The notes under the pieces are model-generated. The model was not told the DNA's origin. It was given only the letters and a program-made list of their open reading frames with translations, and did not search any database. Below, piece after piece: positions 53,246 through 64,000 of a DNA stretch of 64,000 nt. Position numbers and translations under genes: made by a program. The stretch covers positions 32,544,001 to 32,608,000 of the forward strand of contig CP068257.2 in assembly GCA_009914755.4 (NCBI GenBank), written 5' to 3'. This DNA comes from the human T2T-CHM13v2.0 reference genome, Homo sapiens. How positions within the stretch are numbered: the stretch's first letter is position 1; every line of letters starts with the position of its first letter.

Positions 53246-55775
53246 ATTATCTTTGGTTCTTGATATGCAATTATTCCTATTTATTGGATCTGTGGATTTT
53301 CCCTCATGGTGATTCATTTCCTCAAATAGTTTGTTATTTCTGCTTATCTTTAGTGTGGCTCATATTTTTATGGTAAGGCCCTATTCCCTGGGTTTGGGGA
53401 TCACCTCTACAGAATTGGTTTGCATTTTTCTCTAACGTGGTCCTTGTGGATTTCTTGAGTTCTGAACTACTTTTTACATTGATTTGTGGCTTGAGGCCAT
53501 CGTGCTAGGCAGGTAGTGGTAAGTCACTATCCTAACAGCCCTGGCCTGGATTCTGATTTCTAGTATTTTTCTCTTTTTCTTCCCCAAGTTGCAAGTGGAT
53601 GGCAAGCTTCCTTGTGACTTCTCATCCTGGTGAGTAGAATTTTTCTTATCCATGTTTCTTATTTTAAGTTAGAAGCAGCAGTTTATGAAACCTAAAATCC
53701 TATGAATTTTAGCTCTTTGGCACAGCACTTCCTGTGCACACACTAGATTCTGCCCAGGCTCGTTTCTCATGTGGGCATTAAATCTGCACCTCCCAGCCTA
53801 TGTCAAGTCCCACTTTTCCATACGTCCCTCGTCTTGAGCTCCTATCATCACTTTCACTTTTCACGCCTTGGAGGCTATGAATACATTTTTTTCTTGTTAA
53901 GTTTTATCCAGAATTTTAATGTGTGAAACAGGATTGAGGGATTTACCAACATAATGTCCAGACATCCATAAGTGAGATTTGAAGAGAACATTTTTTTTTA
54001 CAATAAATTAAATATGACTCTATTATTGAGTAAAAATTTGAAATTTGCCTTAATTTTTAAGATAGTCTGAACACTAAAGAAATTTTGTTTGCGACAGAGA
54101 TTTGGGCCAATTGCCTTCATCCCCTGAGGTTACATGTTTGTTCTATTTTGTCATCGGGGGTACTTCTGTGGAAAGTTTGAGAGGCCTTGCCCTGAGGTGA
54201 CCTTGACTGCTAGGATGGAAGTCATTCCGTGGGCAAATCCCCTGACACGTAAATTACCCACTCGCTAGCTCACTGGGCTGTAGCTGTTGTTTTGCCTAGG
54301 CTTGGGCTAAAACGTCAGGAAGCAGATTTTTAAAAATTATTGTTACTCATGACAAAAAGCTTAAACACTACAAAAGGCTGTAAAGTGGAAAGAAAAAGAG
54401 CCCTAAGCAGTCTCCCTAGTCTCCCCCTCCTATTCCCATAAGTCCTCACTGCTAACAGCTTCTCACAAACCTTTCCAGAAATGTTATATTTGTAGATACA
54501 GATTTCTTCTTTTTTTAAAAAAAACCAAATGAAATCATAGTATACATGTTCTGCAGATTGAAAAAAATTCATCAATGCATTTTGGATATTTTTCCATATC
54601 AGCACATGTAGCCTTCCCTCGTGTTTTCAGCAGCTGTAGTGGATTTCCTGTGCATTAATAGATGTAGGGTTTCTTTCCCATATGTGTGCTATTTACAAAA
54701 ACAATTTAGGGAGCATACTTGTGCAGACATCTTTTTGTTAAGTGTGTGAGCAGATTTGTAGGTTAAATGCTGGGCTGAAGGTATGCGCCTTTGAGCTTTT
54801 GATGGACAAGTTTGAAGTGCTTTCCAAAAAAAGCTGCAGCAATTTGCACTCCCAGAAACAGTAGAAGACCCACCCAGTGAGCAGGACTAAGGAGCCTCCA
54901 GATTTGTCCTTTCTGCCTGCCTGGCATCCTCAAAGCATGCAGGGATGTTGCTGTCTGACACCCTTCCTCCCGAAGCTGAACTGGCTGTCAAGAACAAAAA
55001 TCTGGTTATTGATATCAAGATCAGATGCTGCTTGATTTTGAGGGATATGGTTGCTTGAGTGGCTTTGGTATTCCAAATAGAGATTAGGGATGGGCCAGAT
55101 GCTGGTTGGGGGGCATAGGGGACAGTGGATGAAAAAGCAATCTATTCATGGATTCACCAAACTCTTTATTTCTTAACAAGTATTATTGTTTTTTGATAAG
55201 TAAGACATTTTCACTGTTAAAAAAGGGGGAAATATGAAAACACACAAAGTAGTTAATAAAGCTACTGATACGTGGGTAATTAAATAATGCTAATTAAATA
55301 AAACTACTTTGTATGTGGGGTAACTGATACCCCAGACAGTTAATAAAAATAATTCCAATGCTGAGATGAACACTGTGTTTGGTCATTTCTCTGAGCCACT
55401 TCCCAACTATCCTAATTCCCCAGCTACCCAGTCTCTCTCCAGGACTTCCCAGACCTTCTTATGGTTCAGAAACTAATAGGTCAACACCCAGTACAGCAAA
55501 ATATGGCCTTTTGTTTTTTTCTTTTGGGTGCATATGCATATGTGTACACCCTACACATAGGAATGATAGAATATTTAACAGCTGGTTCCGCATGGGCACG
55601 ACCAACGGGGTGGACAGGAGTCTGGGAGGCTGGCTTTTGCTGTACTGGGTGTTGACCCATTAGGTTCTAGACCATGGGAAGGTCTGGGAAGTCCTGGGTT
55701 GTGGGGGAGTTAGGAGGACTGGGGAGTGGCTTGGGAAGTGACTATTTATCATTTATTATGAAATGTTTTTAATAT

Positions 55776-56078
<303 letters not shown>

Positions 56079-56437
56079 TAATATTTTAGCACCCTCTGTG
56101 TCCATACTGGTGCATACTGCCCTCTAAGTGTGCATTCCAGTTTGTGTACTTTTAAATATAATTAAAACCATACATTGCACCAACTATTTGCTGCTTACAA
56201 GAGATATGCTTTAATGATAAGGATACAGAAAGTTTGGAAGTAAAGCTAGAAAGATACACCATGCAAATAGTTACCAAAATTTATACTGATCTTAATGATT
56301 TGTAACTCTTTTAACTTACCATTGTCCCTATGGTAAAACATTCTTCTGTGTTGTTGCATATTATGTTATGGAATGCATGTATCATCATTCATTTAGCTAA
56401 TGAAAATATTATTAGACATTTTAGTAATTTCTAGCAT

Positions 56438-56745
<308 letters not shown>

Positions 56746-59059
56746 TAACTTTTTAATATAAAAAATAACACTAGGTTGAATAATTTTGAGTGTATAGTAC
56801 CACCTCAGGTAATTCTTCATTTCTTTCCTCAGGATACATTTTTGGCTATAGAACCATGACTTTAAAGTTTATGTACATTTTAAAGTCTTTTTGCTCTATT
56901 TTGCTAAAATGACCTCTAGAAAGTTTGCATGGATTTCTAGTGCCATTAGCAGCACGTAACAGTCCCAGTGCCACCTCCCGTCTCTGCGTGGTATTCGTCA
57001 CCATTTTATGATGAAGCAAATAAGTGAACAAACCAGAAAAAGAAAAAAAGAAACAAATGCGTCTATTTTTTAAGCTTTCCTTTTTTTGTTACTCACAAGT
57101 GGTAGCATTTTAATGTTTTTTATGTGCTGTGAATTGTGTACACTTTATATGTGTGTTCATATTTTAAAGACTGATCTGTAAGAGTTCCTGATAAAATAAG
57201 GATATCAAGCCTCTGTCATAAATGTTGCAAATATTCTCCTCAGTTTTTTGGCCATTCCTTGGTAGTTCTTTTTGAAAAGGTATTTGATATACAGTCAAGT
57301 TTTATCTTTTTACTTCTCACCTGTGAGTCAGCTACAAGTTCGGCATTGCATTTTACTAGGTGGAGGATGCCCTCAAGTCCTAAGAGGTTTAGAAATACTG
57401 GTGGAGTCTCTTTGTCCAACCCCATTAGGGAAGTGTGTTAATGGACAACTGAGATTTTATAGAATCTGAAGGAGATAGGGGCTTTGGGTAAAGCTTCCTT
57501 TACTGCTGCCTGGATTGCTTCTAAAGCTTCTTGCTATTGGATCCCCCTCAAATGTGGCCACTTGCCTAGTGATTTGGGATAGAGGCTGAATTGAAACTCC
57601 CTGGGGTGTGAAGTATATTGTTTCGCAATTTCAAGGAGGCCACTATGATATGGAGCCTCCTTTTTGTTGTTGGTGAATTCAGGGCAAGCAGACTGTCTTT
57701 TCATAGCCTATAAAATGTCTCTTTAGATCTAAATGTCACTTTGGGTATTGGGAGCTTGGATTTTGTCCTCCCTCAAAGCCCATCCATCTGTAGTCAGTAG
57801 TACTTGAGTGGCTCAGAATGCAGAGCCACTTGTTTTCTTGGTGGAGATCATTAATGAAATGCTTAGAATTCCCACCGTGGTCTTGATACCAGATGGAGAA
57901 TGAAGCCCACACCAAAAGCAGAGATGGAAAGAACTGGATAATTGTTGACATTCTTAAACCACTTATTCAACTGTCTCCAAAACTCCCCTACAGAGCATTT
58001 GTATTATATAAGAGAATGCATTATCTTATTGATGATGCTGGTTCAAGCAGGGGTTTCTGTTATTTGTAGCCAAAGCCTCCCAGTAGGTGGAGTGGCAATA
58101 TTGCCAAAGCCCCATGAAGCCCCATGGCTTCTTTGTACGCCCCGGAGCAGAATCTAAAACACACAGATCCGTTGCTGTTTTGCAAATCTTCGAGTTGAAA
58201 TGTCCTCGTGGCTCTCCTGTAGTGAGCCAGTCCTTTCTCCTTGGCTGAAGTTTCCCCTTCCTTTCAGCTCTCACTCTTTTGAAAGACCACCCTCCCTGCA
58301 CTCATCTTCCCTTCAGCCTCCTGTTTGGGGGAAGGACGACTCACTGCTGTGGGGTAAAGGGAGGGCTCACCGGTGTCGGGGAGTGAAGAGGCAGCTCACT
58401 CACTACTTGGGAGGCAAAGAGTATTTCCAGCCAGAGAAGATTTGGAGAAGACTGGTCACATGGAGCATGTTTGGCTTGCAACGTCTCCCTGTCTGGGAAC
58501 TTTAAGTGGCCTGGGATACTGCTTTTGGGGGCTACTGAGAAGCTCAGAAATAATGGGCTTTGGAGTCATTTAATAGCTACTTCACCTTGATAGTGTGGTC
58601 TCTTTCCTTCTCTCTGCTCTGTCATGCTTGGTATTGGCCCCATCCTTGTAGCTGGCTTCAAGATGACAGCATCAGCTTGAGAAATAACATCCTGAGGAGT
58701 GAAGGACACTCTTCCTGTGGCTTCTTCTCAGAAGAGAAGACATTCCCAGTCCTCACTGTACCCCCACTGCAGGTTCTATTCACATTGTAATGGTCATCAC
58801 TGTGCCTTAGGCTTATCTTGAGAAAATCACTGGCTACTGGGAATAGAGGAATCTTGGGCCCTTTCAGGCTCTTCTTCCCTGAGGCCCTGCCCTGGGCACA
58901 CAGCTGTATGAGAGTGGAGCAGATATCTGAACAAAATGGGGGTTCTTCGAAGAAGGAGGATGGTGATAATGGATACCATGACAATCAAAGGCACCATCTA
59001 TAAATACCATTTGTGGAGTTTCACCATGTTCCAGGACTATAATATTTCTAACACCCCCT

Positions 59060-59135
59060 CAACCTCAGCAGTGAAGTCATATTATTATCTGGTTTTACAG
59101 AGGAAAAGACTATGCTCAAAGGTCAAGATCTTTTG
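59060..59135. repeat. MIR-like SINE remnant
   Basis: 'gtcatattattatctggttttacagaggaaaagactatgctcaaaggtcaag' resembles MIR 'tattattatccccattttacagatgaggaaactgaggcacagagaggttaag'. Confidence 0.45.
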
Positions 59136-60289
59136 ATATTGTTAAGTGAAACTTTTTCTAAAATACTGTGGTAATAGAGTTTGCCAGTGGGCAGCCCAGA
59201 GATAGAACTTCCTGGGTGGTGCAGGGACTTCAGCCAAGTGCTATGTGAGACTTGTCCCCTGCACCTTTCATTGAGCTCCTCAGGTACTGACTCCCCACTG
59301 GATGCTTCTTGCCTCTCACCATAGAAAAATCACGATCAGCAAAGTCAGGCCTGTTTCTAACATGGGAAGTCTTGCCAGGCACCAGGTAGACTTACATTGG
59401 AGGACAAGGTCAGAAACAAACCTTTATAGATTCGAATGTCTTCCCGCCCCCACCCCAGCCCACTTGGGGCCACCCAAAAAATGATGCCCTGGAGCCTTGG
59501 CATGCCATTAAAAGTGAAGAAATGCTTAATCAAATCACGCCACTTGAAGCGAGTTGAGTTGGAATGAAAAAATTGTGCAGTGCTGCCCGCAGTGGAAATT
59601 TACCAGGCCAAAGTGGACACCAAATACTCCCAGGTTGTTTTGAAATAGATACGGTCGCGTTCTGTAAAGTTCTGAGATCCCTTTCCAAATATTTGAAAAT
59701 CTTTCCATTAACTAGGATTGCTTTAGAAGAACACACACACACACACACACACCTCCCCAACCCCAAAGGCTTATGCTATGTGCATGGAAGAAACAGAAAA
59801 CTCTAGACACCCCAAATATCTCTTGAAATTGGCAGAGATCCATGAATCCCCTCTGTTGTCTGTTGAGACAGCTCTCATTTTTTTAAAGTTTATTTGCGTA
59901 TTCCCCCTCAAAAATGTCATGACTAACTTTCCATTCATTATCAAAATATTCTTTTGCCACTAATTTCCCTTCTTGGTTAAAATAAACAAAACAGAGTGAA
60001 TGCTGTTGGCATTGCATCTAGGATGCACTCAGCTGTAAACAAGAGAACATTTTCTTAACGGATCTTGAAAAGTCCTCCCGTGAGAATTTCCTGTGCAGTC
60101 TGTCTCTGTTTCTTAACTCCATTTGGCGTGGAGGGCAGAGACTCAGCGGCGGCAGGAAAGGGGAGGCTGCCTCGGGCTTGCCAGGGTCCAACGTCTCATC
60201 CCCCGCGGCCAGGCCCCTGCAAGGTACCTGTGGAGTCTTCACATGACGTGGACGCCGGGGCTGGCTACCGTGTGACCTCGGGTGGCCAT

Positions 60290-60365
60290 TGAACATCTTT
60301 GGACCTCAGTTTTCTCAGCCATAAAATGAAGCCATCGGATCTGATGATCTCTAAGCTCCATCCTG
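60290..60365. repeat. MIR-like SINE remnant next to a small GC/CpG-rich patch (60130–60290)
   Basis: 'gacctcagttttctcagccataaaatgaag' resembles the MIR 'gcctcagtttcctcatctgtaaaatgggg' hallmark. Upstream is 'gcggcggcaggaaaggggaggctgcctcgggcttgccagggtccaacgtctcatcccccgcggccaggcc...gacgtggacgccggggctggctaccgtgtgacctcgggtgg', with about 14 CpGs. Confidence 0.4.
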
Positions 60366-62530
60366 TACCAAAACTCTAGGACTCAAATCTAGGAATGTCT
60401 AATTAAAAAAAAAACGTGGAGAAGATACTTGAAAACAAACCTTAAGTTTTAGGATTTGTGAAGATGCGGTGAAGAGCTCCGTGGGTGAGAGAAACATTTC
60501 GTTTTTCAAAGGTCGAACACAAGAAAAGTAGGTCAGAAAACCAGCTTGTCCAAAGCTCCCTTTCCAGTAACACAGACGAGAGCTTGTGAACCCCCCAGAA
60601 TATACCTTGTAAGTGGAGGAGCAGACAGGGGGTGCAAAGCAGACCTTCTCCACTTCCTGGAGCTGGGGGAGAAGAGTTCCTAGCTCTTTAGCTCCTTCTA
60701 GTCCACGGCCTAATTTGTGTGGCTGCAGTGAGGACTCTGGGATGTGGGGCAGGCCAGCGGTTCTTTTTTCAGAAGTTCCCCAGGCCTCCTAGAGAAATGG
60801 GGAGAGGTCTGAGGGTGGGGGTGAGGATGACTCTCAGTGCAAAGACAGGGCCAAAGGTGTCCGTCTCGGGAGAAACTCACCTGAAAGTGACAAGACGCTG
60901 AGTCCTCCCTTGATTGATACGGCCAATGAAAGAGGGGGCACTACCCAGTGTTTCTCAGGGAGTCTCAGGGGTGGTCTCCTGAGGACACATCCTCCATGGA
61001 AGTATGTGAAGCAGGAAGAAGAAATGCTAGTGACAAAGGTGTGACCCTTCAAGGTTGGCCACAAAGAGACATCATCATCTCTGCTGGGGAGACTCTTCTG
61101 TCTGGAATAGTCTTGGGAGGCAGCAGCACCCTGTGGTCGAACTTTCTGGAGACCCCTGATGTCACGTAAAGGCCCAAAGTGGGATGGGGAGGGCAGCCAC
61201 AGCAGTGCGTCCCAACTGCACGGGACCTGGTCAGCCCTGGGCATTTGGAAATGGGAAGGGACCTGAGGGGATGGAGGCATGGATTTCTATATTAGTACCA
61301 GGTGGAGCCTGGGAGTCAATAACACTGGGAGCTCTCGTAGTCACCCCGTAAATCAGATTGGCTTAGGGAGCTGAAGATGACATTGGCAACACTCTTAACA
61401 GCCGCTCCTCAAACATGGCTCCCAGTTCAGGTCAGGAGACCAAGGCTTGGCGGCTGTGCTAGTTTCAAGGGAAGTGAGGAAAACAAGAATGAGACAGTGC
61501 TTTCTTCCATACATCTAAATTCATTTCACTTAAAAGACTGTTCTCTATTTTGAGAGTATGTCTTCCCCAATTTTGGCGTTAAAAGTATCCTTTCATGAAA
61601 TAATGGCAACACATGATAGGTTTAGAAAAAAGGTTTTTATTTGACAAAAGAGGAAGTTGGTACATTTTGCTGAGCCCTGTGGCCGATTCTTGTAGTTTTC
61701 TCTCCATATTTGCCTTCCCCTTTTTTCATTCTAAGAGGAGTTTAAAGGGGCATGTGACCATCCAGAATAAAGCTTACAGTTCCCAGGTGTCCCTTGGAGC
61801 TCATTGGCCCAAGTTCTGGCCAATGAGATGTTGGCAGAAGTGATGTATACAACTTCTGGGGTGTGTCCTCAAAGGGCAAGGGTCTGTCTGTTCCCTGCCA
61901 CTTTTCCTCTTCCCAAAGGCTGTAGTACAGACATGGTGGTGAGTTATCGTGACTGTGCAGATGAATGCAATATCCCAGGGGCGGCAGAGCAGCAAGACAT
62001 GGGGAGCCTAGAGTCTACTATCAGCCCAGGATGCTTATGGAATGGGAGAGGGAAATAGCCATTGATATTTCATGTCTTTGGAGAGAAAAATGAGTCTGCA
62101 CTTAGATGATATTTGCAGAAATGGCAGTAGTTGAGATCAACCAGGAATAGAGAGTAGAGGGCGAAAAGAACAGTGCCTAGCATGGAGCCTCAAGAGCTCC
62201 ACCATATAATATTTACGGCATGGAGGAAGAACCCATAAAGAGACCGAGGAGTGAAGCTAGAGAAATAGGAAGAGAAAACGGTGTGAAGGAGCCAAGGGGA
62301 GAAAGTATTTGTGAAATAAGGGAGTGGTCAGCCTGTTTCTGTGACACTGAGAGGTCCAGTAAGATGAGGCCCCACATGTAGCCATTCTGTTTAAAACGGA
62401 GATGATTGGAGACCTTATTAAGAATTGTTTCCTTAAAGTGGTGTAGTGAAAGTCTGTGGGAATGGGGTCTGGGGTCAGTGGCAGATGAGGGAGACACAAG
62501 GAGTGTGGCCACAAAGGCAAGAGTAAGAGA

Positions 62531-62834
62531 GGCCAGGTGCAATGTCTCATGCCTGTAATGCCAGCACATTGGGAGGCCTAGGTGGTTGGATCACTTGAGC
62601 CTAGGAATTCAAGACTAGCCTGGGCAACATGGTGAGACCCCGTCTATATCAAAGATACAAAAAACAAAAATCAGCCAGGCATGGTGGCATGCACCTGTAA
62701 TCTCAGATACTTGGGAACTTGAGGCATGAGGATCATCTGAGCCCAGGAGGTTGAAGCTGCAGTAAGCTGTGATCGCACCACTGTACTCCCACCTGGGCAA
62801 TAGCGCAAGACCCTGCCAAAAAAAAAAAAAAAAA
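62531..62834 (+). mobile_element. Alu SINE, forward orientation, with a 10-bp TSD
   Basis: 'ggccaggtgcaatgtctcatgcctgtaatgccagcacattgggaggcctaggtggttggatcacttgagcctaggaattcaagactagcctgggcaacatggtgagaccccgtctatatcaaagatacaaaaaacaaaaatcagccaggcatggtggcatgcacctgtaatctcag...ccctgccaaaaaaaaaaaaaaaaaa'. The TSD 'agtaagagag' occurs on both sides. Confidence 0.92.
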
Positions 62835-62844
62835 GACAGTAAGA

Positions 62845-62945
62845 GAGGATAGGAGCTGGAGGAAGAGGAGGGTCTTCTGGTCTCTCCTTCCCTCCTCTCC
62901 CCTCTCCCTTTTCTTTTTCTTTTCTTTTTCCCTTTCCTTTTTCAA
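62845..62945 (+). repeat. Tract of purine then pyrimidine with mirror symmetry (H-DNA/triplex-prone)
   Basis: 'ggaggaagaggagggtcttctggtctctccttccctcctctcccctctcccttttctttttcttttctttttccctttcctttttc'. The part after the first 25 nt is close to 100% C/T. Confidence 0.8.
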
Positions 62946-62963
62946 AGATTGCAGCCATGGTAA

Positions 62964-63270
62964 TTTTTATTTATTTATTTATTTATTTATTTAAGACAGT
63001 CTTGCTCTGTTGCCCAGGCTGGAGTGCAATGGCATGATCTCGGCTCACTGAAACCTCTGCCTCCCGGGTTCAAGTGATTCTCCTGCCTCAGCCTCCCGAG
63101 TAGCTGGGATTACAGGTGTGCACCGCCATGACAGGCTAATTTTTCTATTTTCAGTAGAGATGGGATTTTGCCATATTGGCCAGGCTGGTCTCGAACTCCT
63201 GACCTCAGGTGATCTGCCCACTTCAATCTTCGAAAGTGCTGGGATTACAGGTATGAGCCACTGTGCCCAC
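62964..63270 (-). mobile_element. Alu SINE, reverse orientation
   Basis: '(ttta)n agacagtcttgctctgttgcccaggctggagtgcaatggcatgatctcggctcactgaaacctctgcctcccgggttcaagtgattctcctgcctcagcctcccgagtagctgggattacaggtgtgcaccgccatgacaggctaatttt...ggtatgagccactgtgcccacc'. Confidence 0.92.
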
Positions 63271-64000
63271 CTGCAGCTAGGGGATTTAAATGCTGATGGA
63301 GGAGATGGAAGGAACAAGCTAGAGAGGATAGCTGGTAGCACCAGGCCCTCGAGAAAGCAACAGGCACAGGGCACAGAGGGCATCTGTGAAGGAGCTGGCC
63401 CTCTCAGCAGGAGGAGGGAGAGGTGGGTGCAAACTCAGGGACATCTGTTTGTAGATTTGGTGAGACAGTTTGTTCTCTTTTCTCAGTACAGTAGATGACA
63501 AGGTCATTTGCTGAATGTGAAGGAAGGAAGGAGTGGTTTCAGACGTGGTGAGATTGGAGAAGGTTTGAAGTATAAATTGTGCAAAGAAGAGCCTGTATTG
63601 ACCGAAGGAGCCCTTTGTGGTTCCAATTACCAGGCAGTCCTGAGGGCATAGCCAAGATGGGTGGCTGTGCAGTTCTGGGATGTCCCTCCAGCAGTGATCT
63701 GCTGGCCAATAGCAGGTGTAGAGAAAGTGGATGATGACATCCACCCAAGGCTTGAATTTTGCTAGATAGGTGAGACGTAAGGACAGAGAGGAAGGGAATG
63801 TCTAGTACAGACAGTCTCTGACTTGTTCCACTTATGATTTTTTTGACTTTGCAATGGTGCAAAAGTGATATACATTCAGTAGAAACTGTACTTCCAGCCC
63901 CCATACAGCTATTCTGTTTTTCACTTTCAGTACAGTATTCAATAACATACAAGATACCCATCACTTTATTATAAAATAGGCTTTGTGTGAGATGATGTTG

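Overview
This window looks like primate (almost certainly human) nuclear genomic DNA, not a prokaryotic or viral locus. About 30 Alu SINEs lie on both strands, many with recognisable target-site duplications (TSDs). Several LINE-1 fragments of old L1M/L1PB type are present, along with four THE1/MST-type MaLR solo LTRs, MIR-like SINE remnants and simple-sequence repeats: (GT)n(GA)n, (CA)n, (TTA)n and (CAA)n. I could not support any protein-coding gene. Every ORF in the six-frame track is either inside Alu, L1 or THE1 sequence, runs through a microsatellite, or is a short uninterrupted frame in AT-rich unique DNA with no recognisable domain.

The window splits into three parts. The left part (~2.9–15 kb) is repeat-rich. 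The middle block (~15.1–24.8 kb) contains no Alu at all. It is full of TAAT/homeobox-type motifs and of CpG dinucleotides that have been retained in an otherwise CpG-depleted background, which is the signature of deeply conserved non-coding enhancer clusters near developmental genes. The right part (~43.5–56.8 kb) is repeat-dense, with nested L1, Alu and THE1 insertions.

The most gene-like object is a ~1 kb CpG island at ~39.9–41.0 kb. It has a CCAAT box, GC boxes, a perfect 10-bp palindrome TGATTAATCA, a TATAAAT element and an embedded (GT)23(GA)12 compound microsatellite. No ORF accounts for it, so it is a candidate promoter for an unannotated transcript or an alternative or lncRNA promoter.

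There are also several short local duplications of non-repeat sequence, a G-quadruplex-prone tract, an L1 arranged as if by twin priming, and an AluJ split by a THE1 LTR. Repeat family names come from my memory of consensus sequences, not from a search, so subfamily assignments are approximate.
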